Assembly (NCBI GenBank): GCA_017454375.1
Contig: JAFTDB010000033.1
Location: 170,967-234,966, forward strand
Length of the DNA: 64,000 nt
Direction of reading: 5' to 3'
Origin: Acholeplasmatales bacterium
GTDB lineage: Bacteria; Bacillota_I; Bacilli_A; Acholeplasmatales; Anaeroplasmataceae
Part shown: positions 9,260 to 19,242 of the stretch, in pieces
Layout of the letters: each line of letters starts with the position of its first letter
Numbering within the stretch: position 1 is the stretch's first letter
Notes under the pieces: generated by a model
What the model saw: only the letters and a program-made list of their open reading frames with translations
Database searches by the model: none
Told to the model about the DNA's origin: nothing
Made by a program: the position numbers and the translations under genes

Positions 9260-10957
9260 ATGGATTATTTAGAAAAAGTTAAAATGTGGAAAAATTTCAA
9301 AAATCTAGATGCAAAATTAAAGGCAGAATTAGATAAAATGAATGATTCCGAATTGAAAGAAGCTTTTACAAATGATTTAGAATTTGGTACTGGTGGCTTA
9401 AGAGGTATTTTAGGTGCTGGTACAAACAGAATGAACATTTATGTAGTTATGAAGGCTACACTTGGCTTTGGTAGATACCTTTTAAAACAATCTCCAGTTG
9501 CTCAATCTCGTGGTGTAGCAATTAGCCATGATAATCGTCATCAATCTGTTGAATTCGCAAGAAAGAGTGCAGAAGTATTAGCAACACTAGGCTTTAGAGT
9601 ATTCTTATTTGAATCTTTAAGACCAACTCCTGAGCTTTCATATGCTGTAAGAAACTTTAAATGTATTGGTGGTATTATGATTACTGCCTCACATAATCCA
9701 AAGGAATATAATGGTTATAAAATTTATGATGAAACTGGTTGCCAATTAGTTCCAAGAGATGCTAGCAAGGTAATCGAAGAAATCAATCAAATTGATAACT
9801 ACTTTGAAATTGATTCTTCAAAGAATCATGAATTAATTTACTATATTGGCAAAGAAGTAGATGAAAAATACATTGCTGATGTTAAAAAGATTATTTTAAG
9901 ACCAAATTTAAAGAAAGACTTTAGATGTGTTTATACACCACTTCATGGTACTGGCCAAGTATTCGCAGCTGATGTATTAAATAGCGCTGGCTATACAGTA
10001 TTACCACTTCCATGTCAAATGACTAATGACCCAGACTTTTCAGGTGTTAAGACATCTAACCCAGAAAATAAAGAAGCATACGATGAAGCTATCGCTTTAG
10101 CTAAGGCTTATGATGCTGAAATCGTACTTGCTACAGACCCAGATGCTGATAGACTTGGTATCGCTGTAAGACATAATGGAGAATACATCCTATTTACAGG
10201 TAATCAAACAGCAGCCTTAGAGATGGATTATATTTGTAGAACAAGAAAAGAATTAGGTACATTACCTAAGGATGGTTATATGTTTACTACAAATGTATCA
10301 TCTACACTTCCTGTAGCAATTGCTGAAAAATATGGCTTAAAGGTAGAAATTACCCTAACAGGCTTCAAGTTCATTGGCGAAAAGGCTCGTGAAATGGAAG
10401 AAACAGGCCGTGGTACATATGTATTTGGCTTTGAAGAATCATATGGCTCACTTGTATCTCCAATTGTAAGAGATAAGGATTCTATTCAAGCAATTCTAAT
10501 CTTATGTGAATTAACAGCTTACTGGAGAGAAAAAGGTAAAGACTTAGTTGAAGCATTAGAAGAAATTTATAAAGAATATGGATACTATTTTGAAGGAATC
10601 AATAATATTGGTCTAGCTGGTCTTGAAGGACAAGCTAAGATTGGCAGAATCATGGATTTCTTCAGAACTACTGATATCGCATTAAAAGGCTTTAAGATTT
10701 TAGCTAAGGACGATGTTAAATTATCAGTTCATACTGATTATACACAAAATGATAAGAAGACTAAGATTGATCTTCCAGTATCTAACGTTATAAAATATTA
10801 TCTAAATGATAATATGTGGTTTGTATTACGTCCAAGTGGTACAGAGCCAAAATTAAAGGTATATTATGGTGTTAAGGGTGCCAGCAAGGATGCTGCACTT
10901 GCTAAATTAAAAGAATTACAAGACGAAGTAATGTCAATCGTCAATCTAATAAAATAA
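9260..10957 (+). CDS. pgm: Phosphoglucomutase / phosphomannomutase
   Basis: FGTGGLRG, TASHNP, DPDADR, FEESYG and RPSGTEPK motifs. Confidence 0.95.
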   Translation: MDYLEKVKMWKNFKNLDAKLKAELDKMNDSELKEAFTNDLEFGTGGLRGILGAGTNRMNIYVVMKATLGFGRYLLKQSPVAQSRGVAISHDNRHQSVEFARKSAEVLATLGFRVFLFESLRPTPELSYAVRNFKCIGGIMITASHNPKEYNGYKIYDETGCQLVPRDASKVIEEINQIDNYFEIDSSKNHELIYYIGKEVDEKYIADVKKIILRPNLKKDFRCVYTPLHGTGQVFAADVLNSAGYTVLPLPCQMTNDPDFSGVKTSNPENKEAYDEAIALAKAYDAEIVLATDPDADRLGIAVRHNGEYILFTGNQTAALEMDYICRTRKELGTLPKDGYMFTTNVSSTLPVAIAEKYGLKVEITLTGFKFIGEKAREMEETGRGTYVFGFEESYGSLVSPIVRDKDSIQAILILCELTAYWREKGKDLVEALEEIYKEYGYYFEGINNIGLAGLEGQAKIGRIMDFFRTTDIALKGFKILAKDDVKLSVHTDYTQNDKKTKIDLPVSNVIKYYLNDNMWFVLRPSGTEPKLKVYYGVKGASKDAALAKLKELQDEVMSIVNLIK

Positions 10958-10961
10958 AATA

Positions 10962-10984
10962 GAAAGCCGCTTGGCTTTCTTTTT
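10962..10984 (+). terminator. Intrinsic terminator
   Basis: AAAGCC-gctt-GGCTTT followed by a T-rich tract. Confidence 0.7.
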
Positions 10985-11004
10985 AGCGAATAAAGGAGAA
11001 AAAA

Positions 11005-11538
11005 ATGATTAATATTTGGCATGATATCGATAACGATCGTATCACAAAAGATGAATTTATTGCCTGTGTAGAAATACCAAAGGGTAGTAAGAAAAAATAT
11101 GAGCTAGATAAGGAAACTGGTATGATAATCCTAGATAGATTACTTTATACTTCAACTCACTATCCAGCTAACTATGGATTTATTCCAAGAACTTATTCTG
11201 ATGACAAGGACCCACTAGATGTACTTATCCTATGTGATGAAGTGTTTGACCCACTAGTACTTGTTAGATGTAAACCTATCGGTGTTATTACAATGATGGA
11301 TCAAGAGCAAGCAGATGAAAAGATTATTTCTGTATGTATCAATGACCCTTCTATGAACATCTATAATGATATTTCAGAGCTACCTGCCCATATCTTTGAA
11401 GAAATTAAGCATTTCTTTACAGTTTATAAGCAACTAGAAGGTAAAGAAACAGTAGTAACTGAAATCTATGGTGCAGATAAGGCAAAAGAAGTAATTGAAA
11501 AGTCAATTAAAGCTTATAACGATTTATATTTAAGATAA
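11005..11538 (+). CDS. ppa: Soluble family I inorganic pyrophosphatase
   Basis: EIPKGS..KYE, YPANYGFIPRT, DKDPLD and DEKI motifs. Confidence 0.95.
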   Translation: MINIWHDIDNDRITKDEFIACVEIPKGSKKKYELDKETGMIILDRLLYTSTHYPANYGFIPRTYSDDKDPLDVLILCDEVFDPLVLVRCKPIGVITMMDQEQADEKIISVCINDPSMNIYNDISELPAHIFEEIKHFFTVYKQLEGKETVVTEIYGADKAKEVIEKSIKAYNDLYLR

Positions 11539-11558
11539 TTAATATTTGAGGTGAGAGA

Positions 11559-12656
11559 ATGTCCCTTACAGCGGGAATCGTTGGTTTACCTAACGTTGGT
11601 AAATCAACATTATTTAATGCAATAACAAAACAACAGGTATTAGCTGCAAACTATCCTTTCGCAACTATTGACCCAAATGTTGGTATTGTTGAAGTGCCTG
11701 ATGAGAGATTAAAGGTACTATCTGGAATGTATAATCCAAAGAAGACTACTCCAGCTATCTGTGAATTCACTGATATTGCCGGTCTAGTTAAAGGTGCATC
11801 TAAGGGTGAAGGCCTTGGTAACCAATTTTTAGCTAACATTAGAAATTGTGATGCCATCGTAGAGGTTGTTAGATGCTTCCCTGGTGATGTAGTGCATGTA
11901 GAAGGATCAGTAGATCCAGTTAGAGATGCTAAAATCATCAATTTAGAGCTTATTTTATCAGACTTAGAACAAGTTCAAAAAAGAATTACTAAGGTAGAAA
12001 AAAAGGCTCAATCAAAGGTTGATGATGGCCCAGTTGAATTTGCATTACTAAAGAAATTAGAAGAGTGCTTACTAAATGAAAAACCATTAAGAAGCTTAGA
12101 TTATTCTGAAAATGAAAGAAAATATATGTCAGCATATGGATTCTTAACAGATAAGCCAATTATGTATGTTGGTAATATTGCTGAGGAGAATATTGCATCT
12201 CCTGATTCAGATGAATATTTCCAAAAGCTAGTTGCTTATGCAAAAGAAGAGAATGCTAAGGCTATCGCAATTTCTGCTGAAATTGAGTCAGAGCTTGCAC
12301 TTCTTGATGATGAAGAAAAAGAAATGTTCTTAGCCGAATATGGTGTAGAAGAACCAGGCTTAAATAAGCTAATTAAGGCCACATATGACCTACTTGGCTT
12401 AGCTACATTCTTTACAACAGGACCAGATGAATGTCGTGCTTGGACATTTAAAAAGGGTATGCTAGCCCCTGAATGTGCAGGTATTATTCATACAGATTTC
12501 CAAAGAGGTTTTATTAGAGCTGAAACTCTAGCATATGATGATTTAATCAAATGTGGTACACACCTAAAGGCTAGAGAAGCAGGTCTAGTAAGACAAGAAG
12601 GAAAAGAATATCCTGTAAAAGATGGAGACATCTTATTATTTAAATTTAACGTATAA
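11559..12656 (+). CDS. ychF: Ribosome-binding ATPase YchF
   Basis: GLPNVGKST, ANYPFATIDPN and DIAGLVKGASKGEGLGNQFL motifs; C-terminal FKFNV. Confidence 0.98.
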   Translation: MSLTAGIVGLPNVGKSTLFNAITKQQVLAANYPFATIDPNVGIVEVPDERLKVLSGMYNPKKTTPAICEFTDIAGLVKGASKGEGLGNQFLANIRNCDAIVEVVRCFPGDVVHVEGSVDPVRDAKIINLELILSDLEQVQKRITKVEKKAQSKVDDGPVEFALLKKLEECLLNEKPLRSLDYSENERKYMSAYGFLTDKPIMYVGNIAEENIASPDSDEYFQKLVAYAKEENAKAIAISAEIESELALLDDEEKEMFLAEYGVEEPGLNKLIKATYDLLGLATFFTTGPDECRAWTFKKGMLAPECAGIIHTDFQRGFIRAETLAYDDLIKCGTHLKAREAGLVRQEGKEYPVKDGDILLFKFNV

Positions 12657-12661
12657 AATTA

Positions 12662-12736
12662 AAACACGCAAATGCGTGTTTTTCTTTTACCTAAAGGCTT
12701 TTTTATACTTGTATCAACAATTATTTGTAGTATAAT
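12662..12736 (+). repeat. Copy 1 of a duplicated terminator + sigma70 promoter module
   Basis: aaacacgcaaatgcgtgtttttcttttacctaaaggcttttttatacTTGTAT-16 nt-TATAAT; near-identical to 13357-13432. Confidence 0.85.
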
Positions 12737-12761
12737 ATTAATCGTGTGTGAGGTGAGTAGT

Positions 12762-13328
12762 ATGGCACTAATTAAATGTCCTGAATGTGGCAAGGATGTA
12801 TCAGATACTTGTGAATATTGTATACATTGTGGATATAGATTATCAAAACCAAGTTTTGAAAAAACAGAAGAAGCTAAGCCTATAGATGTAAGTGTAAAAT
12901 ATTCTGAGGTTTTAGTAAATAGAAATAACCATATAAAGAGTGTAGCACCACTTGTATGGGGAATCATTTTAGCAGTATTAACCGTAATTTTTGGCTTTAA
13001 TATGTTTTTTGGAAATGGTATAACTACTACATGGGTATTCTTTATTATGATTTTTGGAATAGTTCCATGTCTAGGTTTATCTACTATGTGTTTTATTCTA
13101 TTTGGTACAAATAACCAAAAGACAAAGCGCAATAATCAAATTGCTGAACCTTTAGTTAGAATTCAAGATGATGTAATAATAGCTTATGATACTTTAGGTA
13201 ATGCTTATAAAAATACTAAAGGCTTTATTCTTGATGGATATAAGCTATATACTAATGTTCAAGGAGAAAAAATATTCTTAGGCTGGATGTCAGATCCTAA
13301 TGAATATACACGTATTTATAACAGATAA
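12762..13328 (+). CDS. Zinc-ribbon membrane protein
   Basis: MALIKCPECGKDVSDTCEYCIHCGY followed by two TM helices; GAGGTG RBS before ATG 12762. Confidence 0.85.
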   Translation: MALIKCPECGKDVSDTCEYCIHCGYRLSKPSFEKTEEAKPIDVSVKYSEVLVNRNNHIKSVAPLVWGIILAVLTVIFGFNMFFGNGITTTWVFFIMIFGIVPCLGLSTMCFILFGTNNQKTKRNNQIAEPLVRIQDDVIIAYDTLGNAYKNTKGFILDGYKLYTNVQGEKIFLGWMSDPNEYTRIYNR

Positions 13329-13356
13329 TATAGGTGTAATTAATACAATAATGTAG

Positions 13357-13432
13357 AAACACGTTTATGCGTGTTTTTTCTTTTACCTAAAGGATTTTTT
13401 TACTTGTATGCAGAGTATGTTTATATTATAAT
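13357..13432 (+). repeat. Copy 2 of the duplicated terminator + sigma70 promoter module
   Basis: aaacacgtttatgcgtgttttttcttttacctaaaggatttttttacTTGTAT-17 nt-TATAAT. Confidence 0.85.
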
Positions 13433-13458
13433 AGATTTCGTTTGTGAGGGATTATTTA

Positions 13459-13824
13459 ATGGATAATTTTTTATTAATGGTAGGGGATGAAAATTCTTAT
13501 TTACCTGGTAAAACATGGTCTAAATATGATGTAGAAGTATTAGATGATAAAATGATTTGTCAATCTAAAAAGGATTCATCTGTAAAGGTTGAAATACCAT
13601 ACACTGATTTCGTTACTGCTGAGTTTGGAATCGGTAGTGGTAATTTATGGCTACAATGTAGACTAAAAAGAGACCAATTAGTTTTCTGTTCACCAAGAAA
13701 GAGCTGGAAATCTGATGCTGGTAAAAAGTTAATCGAAAAGATTGATTCAGCTACAAAAATTTCAGCTATGAAGGAATATAATCATTACACTGGAAAACTA
13801 TTCTTTTTCTACATGTTTAAGTAA
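13459..13824 (+). CDS. Hypothetical protein (possible PH-like beta fold)
   Basis: GAGGG RBS before ATG 13459; alternating beta-strand pattern followed by a C-terminal helix. Confidence 0.7.
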   Translation: MDNFLLMVGDENSYLPGKTWSKYDVEVLDDKMICQSKKDSSVKVEIPYTDFVTAEFGIGSGNLWLQCRLKRDQLVFCSPRKSWKSDAGKKLIEKIDSATKISAMKEYNHYTGKLFFFYMFK

Positions 13825-13848
13825 AATTTTAGCTTGTTGTTGGGACTG

Positions 13849-13880
13849 AGTTATTGTCATTTTTGGCAATAACTTTTTTC
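13849..13880 (+). terminator. Intrinsic terminator
   Basis: AGTTATTGtCA-tttt-TGGCAATAACT followed by a T-tract. Confidence 0.7.
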
Positions 13881-13919
13881 TTTATTTTTGTGAGGAAAAA
13901 TATGTCAAAAAAATTGTAT

Positions 13920-13965
13920 TTTATCATTATTATTCATTGAATAATAAAGATAAATTTGATAAAAT
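13920..13965 (+). promoter_or_regulatory. Promoter of the jetABC-sepF operon with an overlapping 35-bp palindrome
   Basis: TTGAAT (13937-42), 17 nt, then TAAAAT (13960-65) with an extended-10 TG; inverted repeat TTTATC-a-TTATTATTCA-t-TGAATAATAA-a-GATAAA at 13920-13954. Confidence 0.6.
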
Positions 13966-14002
13966 AAAATATAAGAAAAATTAATTAAGGAGTGCGGCTG
14001 TA

Positions 14003-15418
14003 ATGGACTTTTTTGACATAGTTCCTGATAACTTTTTTTCACTGTTATCATCAAAAAATAAACGAATATATCTTGCCTCATTACTTCAAGTGTTTAAGGT
14101 ATATGAATCGGCAAGTATTTTAGGCATAGATAAGAAAATAGTAGTTGATGATTTAATTTATTTTCTTGATAACAACAAAAGCTATTTATACGATAGCGAG
14201 GATCAAGAGGATGAGGAGGCAAACCCAACTAATAAGCGTGAGCTTGTAAACTACATCTTAAGAAGATTTGAAGAATGTGGTTGGATCTATGTAGATGTTA
14301 CAAACGACTACGTAGAAATTCTAAACTTCACAGATGCGGCAATTACATTCTGTCAAGCAATCTTAAATGCTTATCCACAAGTTGAATTTGCTGATGGGGA
14401 ATTACCTGATGATTTCTTTAACCCAAATGAATATCAAGGCTACATTTACTCAATCTATTCTCTTTTGAAACAAAAGGACAATGTAGATTATGCATTAACA
14501 TTTTCTTTAGTGTATTCTGATACACGTCAACTTGTACGTGCTATTAGAAGACTAGATGCTAGAATGAAGGATTACATTCAATCTGTAATCGATAATACTG
14601 AGATTAAAGATCTAATGGAAAAACTTATTACATATAAAAACAATGTATATGATAAGAGCTACACTAGATTAAAGATTTCAGATAACATTGATAGATATCG
14701 TTTGGATATCATTTCTAGACTTGAAGAGTTCCAAACTAATGATGTAATATTGGAATCAATTGCTAAAAACTATCTACATGTTTCTAAAACTCCTGAAGAG
14801 GCTGTTATGAAGGCTAATAGGAACATTGATGAAATCATTGATGCCTTCAATGCTTTAGAAGAGTTTATTGCTGAAATTGATAATAAGAATAGAAATTATA
14901 TCAATTCAACAATTGGTAAGATTAAATTCTTATTAAGTGAAGATGACAACGTAGTTGGTAAAATCAATAGAATCTTACAATATATCAAACAAACTAATAA
15001 GCAAGGTAAGATTGATAAGTCTTTAAGACTTGTTGAGGAATTATATAATCTACCATCTAATAAGATGTTTGATATGGAAAGAAGCTTATATCAACCACGT
15101 GGTTCATATCAAAGAAATTATAATCAATTACTTGATGATATAGCTTTGGACTTTGAGCCTAATGATGAATTCATGGCTCAATTCAAGAATGCATATAATG
15201 AAGCAGATATTATGCATTTCTTAGAGACTCATATGGTTGATTCAGTATTTGAGGCTAAGTCAGTGATCAATCTTGATTGTGATAAAGACACTTTCATGAT
15301 GGCTGTATACTGTATCATCTTAGCTGTTGAAAAGAATTATGTAATTGAAATTAAAGACGAAAAGCTTCAAACATTAGATTTTGAAGTTAAAAACTATATT
15401 ATTAAGAAGACAATTTAG
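14003..15418 (+). CDS. Wadjet JetA / MksF-like kleisin-type subunit (DUF5716-like)
   Basis: N-terminus FDIVPDNFFSLLSSKNKRIY, ILRRFEECGWI and Y..LK.SDN..RYR patterns typical of Firmicutes JetA-like proteins; first gene of an ABC triad. Confidence 0.8.
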   Translation: MDFFDIVPDNFFSLLSSKNKRIYLASLLQVFKVYESASILGIDKKIVVDDLIYFLDNNKSYLYDSEDQEDEEANPTNKRELVNYILRRFEECGWIYVDVTNDYVEILNFTDAAITFCQAILNAYPQVEFADGELPDDFFNPNEYQGYIYSIYSLLKQKDNVDYALTFSLVYSDTRQLVRAIRRLDARMKDYIQSVIDNTEIKDLMEKLITYKNNVYDKSYTRLKISDNIDRYRLDIISRLEEFQTNDVILESIAKNYLHVSKTPEEAVMKANRNIDEIIDAFNALEEFIAEIDNKNRNYINSTIGKIKFLLSEDDNVVGKINRILQYIKQTNKQGKIDKSLRLVEELYNLPSNKMFDMERSLYQPRGSYQRNYNQLLDDIALDFEPNDEFMAQFKNAYNEADIMHFLETHMVDSVFEAKSVINLDCDKDTFMMAVYCIILAVEKNYVIEIKDEKLQTLDFEVKNYIIKKTI

Positions 15419-15427
15419 GGAGGTAAC

Positions 15428-16006
15428 ATGTTAGATAATTACGTAAATATGACAGTAACTCAACAAACTCAATTTAGAGATACTGCTAATAAATTATTAC
15501 AATCAACTTTCTTATCAAGAGATAAAAAGGATAACCGTGATTCATATTATTTCTTGATGAGCTATAAAGATATATTTGATGAATTCTTTCAAATCCTAGG
15601 ATATGAAATAATTCTAGATGTACCTACTGGTAGCGTAATGTTATCAGGTGCAGCTGCATCTAATGCTTTAAAATTAAAAAGAGATGAATCAATCATTCTA
15701 TTAATTTTAAGACTTTTATATCATGAAAAGATGAAGAATACTTCATTAAATGAAAACATCGTATGTCAGGTAGCTGATATACATACTAAGTACGATTACT
15801 TAGAAATTAAACGTAAGCTTAATAAGACTGATTTAATTTCAGCATTAAGATTATTCAAGAGATATAACCTGATTGAGGTTACTGGTGATGTTACATCATC
15901 AAGCTGTAGACTTGTTATACTTCCTACAATTCTTATGGCTATTAAGTCTGAGGATATCACAGAAGTATTTAATACAATTAATAAAATCGCACAGGAGGCA
16001 GAATAG
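15428..16006 (+). CDS. Wadjet JetB / MksE-like KITE subunit (DUF4194-like)
   Basis: FFQILGYEI, LKRDESIILLILRLLYHEK, LFKRYNLI and ILPTI tandem winged-helix pattern; size and position fit. Confidence 0.82.
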   Translation: MLDNYVNMTVTQQTQFRDTANKLLQSTFLSRDKKDNRDSYYFLMSYKDIFDEFFQILGYEIILDVPTGSVMLSGAAASNALKLKRDESIILLILRLLYHEKMKNTSLNENIVCQVADIHTKYDYLEIKRKLNKTDLISALRLFKRYNLIEVTGDVTSSSCRLVILPTILMAIKSEDITEVFNTINKIAQEAE

Positions 16007-19000
16007 TGAAGAAGTTAGTTAAAATTAGACTTATCAATTGGCATTATCTAGCAAATGAAACAATTGAAGTAACTGGTAATACATTATTAAGTGGACCTAA
16101 TGCCTCTGGTAAATCTACAATCATGGATGCCATCACATATGTCCTTACTGCTGGCGACACAAACTTCAACATCGCTGCCAACGAAAAAGGTAAACGTGAT
16201 TTAAAAAGCTATGTAAAGTGTAAGCTAGGCCTAGATGATAGAGAATATCTACGTAACGGTGATGTTACAGGCCATATCGCACTTGAATTCTTTGATGAAA
16301 AGACTGAACAAAGCTTTGCTGTAGGTGTAGTTATCGATGCTTTCGGTGACTTAACTGCAGTTGAAACTTTATTCTATAAAACAAATGAGCCTATTAATGA
16401 TTCAATGTTCATTAATGATGATAAGAAGATCTACTCAAAAGTAGAATTCAGAAAGCACAATCCTAACTTTGAATATTTCTTAACTAAGAAGGATGCAAAA
16501 AGAGGATTTAGAAATGCATTTGGTTCTGTAAATGAAGATTTCTATCGTTTGATTCCAAAGGCACTTGCCTTCAAGCCAATCAGCGATGTTAAGGAATTCA
16601 TCTACCAAAACATTCTAGAAGAAAAAGCAATCGATGTAACTGCAATCCAAGACTCTATTAGAGCTTATAAGGAATTAGAAGCTACATTAAAATTAATTCA
16701 AGCTAAGATCAATGACTTAAATGAAATTGATTTAGTATATCAAGAATTAATCAAGATTGAAGATAATAAATCATTTGTTACATACTTAATGCACCTATTC
16801 GAGGTTGAAAAGCTTAGAAAGGGTATCGTTAATTCTAAGAATCAAATTGTTAGACTTCAAGAAGAAAAAGCTAGCAAGCAACTTGAAATTAAGGAAATTG
16901 ATGCTAAAAATGTTGAGTTACAAGCAAGAGCTAGAGAATTATATAATCTACTTCAAAATAACGAAACATTTAAGATGGAAGAATACTTAAATCAAGAAAT
17001 TATGAAGACATCATCTAATATTGAGATCCTACAAACTAATGAACAATCATTTTTACGTAGAGTATCTAAATTCAAAGATGTATTAAATGATTTAAGAAGA
17101 TTATCAAATGAAAAGATTTATAATGATGCAGCTAATATCAATGTAGCACTTGTTAATCCATCACAAGTTGAAGAAACTAAGATTAGATTAGTTGACTTCA
17201 ATAACCGTCTAAGAGGCTTAAGAGATGGTAAGAACCGTGAGCTAGGTCAATTACAATCTAAGATGGATGAAATCATTAAAGAAATTAATGAAATCAGTGT
17301 AGCTGTAAGAAACTTCGGTCAAAATAAATTAAATTATCAAAATGATCTATTAGCATTAAGAAGTGAAATCCAAGAAGGCTTAAAGAGAATATATAACTAT
17401 GATATCAATGTTCATATTTTTGCAGAGCTATGCGAAATCAATAATCCTGAATGGGCAGATACTGTAGAAATCTTCTTAGGTAACCGCCGTTTCAACCTAA
17501 TTGTTGAACCACGTTATTTCGATCAAGCATTACAAATTTATGCAAGAATTAAAAATAAATATCGTATTTATGGTATTGGTTTAATCAATACTAAGCAAAT
17601 TTCTAAATATACAAGCTATGAAAAGAACTCATTAGCTTCAATCATCGACAGTGAAAATAAAGATGCTAGATGCTACATCAACTACTCATGTGGTAATGTC
17701 ATCATGGTAGATAATGAAATGGAGCTTGAAAAATATTCTACATCTATCACTAATGATGGTCTAATATACCGTGGCTATGCAGTTACAGCTCTTAACCCTA
17801 ATGTTCAAAAGCCATTCATGGGTAAGAATGCAGCTAGCAAGTCATTAGAGGTTTGGACTAAGAAGGCTGAAGAAGCTAAACGTAATTATGTTGAATTAAA
17901 TTCTAAACTAGAATCTTTACAACAAGAGGTTGAGCTTCTAGACCAAATCGATGTTAGAACAATCGTTGATGACTTAGATAAGGCTTTAGAACTAGACAGA
18001 GAAAAGCATGCATTAGAGGATTTAAAGGCTCAAGCAGCAAGATCTGTCAATGCTACACCTACTGAGCTTGAGGATGATTATTCTAAGATTATGTCTACAA
18101 TTAAGAATAATGATGAGGTTAAGATTTCTATTTCTAAGGAAATCGGTTCAATTGAAGCTACAATTGCTCAACTTGAAAATCAAGTTAAGAATGCAGAGGT
18201 TGAGCTTGAAAACTTATCTAATGAATTAAAGGAATTATCTGGTGGTAATGCTTTAATTGTAGAAAGAGCTAAAAAGGAATACCAAGAAATTACATCATCT
18301 AATAATTTCAAGGCTGCTCTAGCAACATATGAAGAACAATATAAGTCTTGGGAATCAAGCTACCAAACATTAGTTGATAGCTTAACTGCTAAGCAATATG
18401 CATATATCAATAAGTATTCATCTACATTATCAATTGGTGTAAATGAAATTGCTAAATACCTAAGTGAAAAGAAAAAGCTTGAAACAAGTGAATTAATAAC
18501 ATATGAAAAGAAGGTACGTCAAGCTAGAGAGGCTGCCGAAGTAGTATTCAAGGAAGACTTCATTGCTAAGCTTCGTAACAATATCCTTACAGCTAAGAAG
18601 GAAATTGAAAAGATCAATGAAACATTATCTTCAATTCAATTCGGTAACGATAAATATGAATTTATCTTCCCTAGAAGTGAAGAATATGCAGAATTCTACG
18701 ATATGGTTACATCTGATCTAGTTGATATTCAACAAGGCTTATTCACATATGATTTCCAAAATAAATATAATGAACAAATCAGTGAATTGTTTGATTCAAT
18801 GACTCAAGATGAATTAAATAACAATGGTGCATTATCTAAGTTTACTGATTATCGTACATACATGGATTATGATATTTGTATCACTAATAGTGAAGGTGAA
18901 ACAATGACATATTCTAAGGTATTCAAGGAAAAGTCCGGTGGTGAAACACAGGTTCCATTCTATGTAGCAATCATTGCTTCATTCGTAAGAGTATATAGTA

Positions 19001-19242
19001 AGACTAATTCACTTTCTGGTGATTCAATCGGTCTTATCCTATTCGATGAGGTATTCGAAAAAATGGATGGTAATCGTATGCGTTCTATGATGTCATTTAT
19101 TACATCAATGCCACTTCAATGCTTCATTGCCTGCCCACCTCAAAGAATGAACATTCTAGAAGATTATGTTGATTCAACACTAATCATGGTTAGAAGTGGT
19201 TCTAAGGCTAGAGTATTAGAGATTAACAGGAGGAATAGCTAA
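16006..19242 (+). CDS. Wadjet JetC / MksB-like SMC-family ATPase
   Basis: IRLINWH, Walker A GPNASGKST, long coiled coils with a central hinge, signature KSGGETQ, Walker B LILFDEVFEKMD; GTG overlaps the jetB TAG. Confidence 0.9.
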   Translation: MKKLVKIRLINWHYLANETIEVTGNTLLSGPNASGKSTIMDAITYVLTAGDTNFNIAANEKGKRDLKSYVKCKLGLDDREYLRNGDVTGHIALEFFDEKTEQSFAVGVVIDAFGDLTAVETLFYKTNEPINDSMFINDDKKIYSKVEFRKHNPNFEYFLTKKDAKRGFRNAFGSVNEDFYRLIPKALAFKPISDVKEFIYQNILEEKAIDVTAIQDSIRAYKELEATLKLIQAKINDLNEIDLVYQELIKIEDNKSFVTYLMHLFEVEKLRKGIVNSKNQIVRLQEEKASKQLEIKEIDAKNVELQARARELYNLLQNNETFKMEEYLNQEIMKTSSNIEILQTNEQSFLRRVSKFKDVLNDLRRLSNEKIYNDAANINVALVNPSQVEETKIRLVDFNNRLRGLRDGKNRELGQLQSKMDEIIKEINEISVAVRNFGQNKLNYQNDLLALRSEIQEGLKRIYNYDINVHIFAELCEINNPEWADTVEIFLGNRRFNLIVEPRYFDQALQIYARIKNKYRIYGIGLINTKQISKYTSYEKNSLASIIDSENKDARCYINYSCGNVIMVDNEMELEKYSTSITNDGLIYRGYAVTALNPNVQKPFMGKNAASKSLEVWTKKAEEAKRNYVELNSKLESLQQEVELLDQIDVRTIVDDLDKALELDREKHALEDLKAQAARSVNATPTELEDDYSKIMSTIKNNDEVKISISKEIGSIEATIAQLENQVKNAEVELENLSNELKELSGGNALIVERAKKEYQEITSSNNFKAALATYEEQYKSWESSYQTLVDSLTAKQYAYINKYSSTLSIGVNEIAKYLSEKKKLETSELITYEKKVRQAREAAEVVFKEDFIAKLRNNILTAKKEIEKINETLSSIQFGNDKYEFIFPRSEEYAEFYDMVTSDLVDIQQGLFTYDFQNKYNEQISELFDSMTQDELNNNGALSKFTDYRTYMDYDICITNSEGETMTYSKVFKEKSGGETQVPFYVAIIASFVRVYSKTNSLSGDSIGLILFDEVFEKMDGNRMRSMMSFITSMPLQCFIACPPQRMNILEDYVDSTLIMVRSGSKARVLEINRRNS

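Noticed and set aside
12659-13132. 157-aa minus-strand ORF, and the similar short antisense ORFs inside hisS, aspS, ychF, gpmI, pfp, ileS and mutS2
   Set aside because: They are shadows of well-supported + strand genes, with no RBS or recognisable motifs.
14003-19242. Calling this a complete Wadjet defence system or an SbcCD/RecN repair locus
   Set aside because: There is no jetD and no sbcD-like nuclease gene; the two upstream partners fit kleisin/KITE subunits rather than SbcD.
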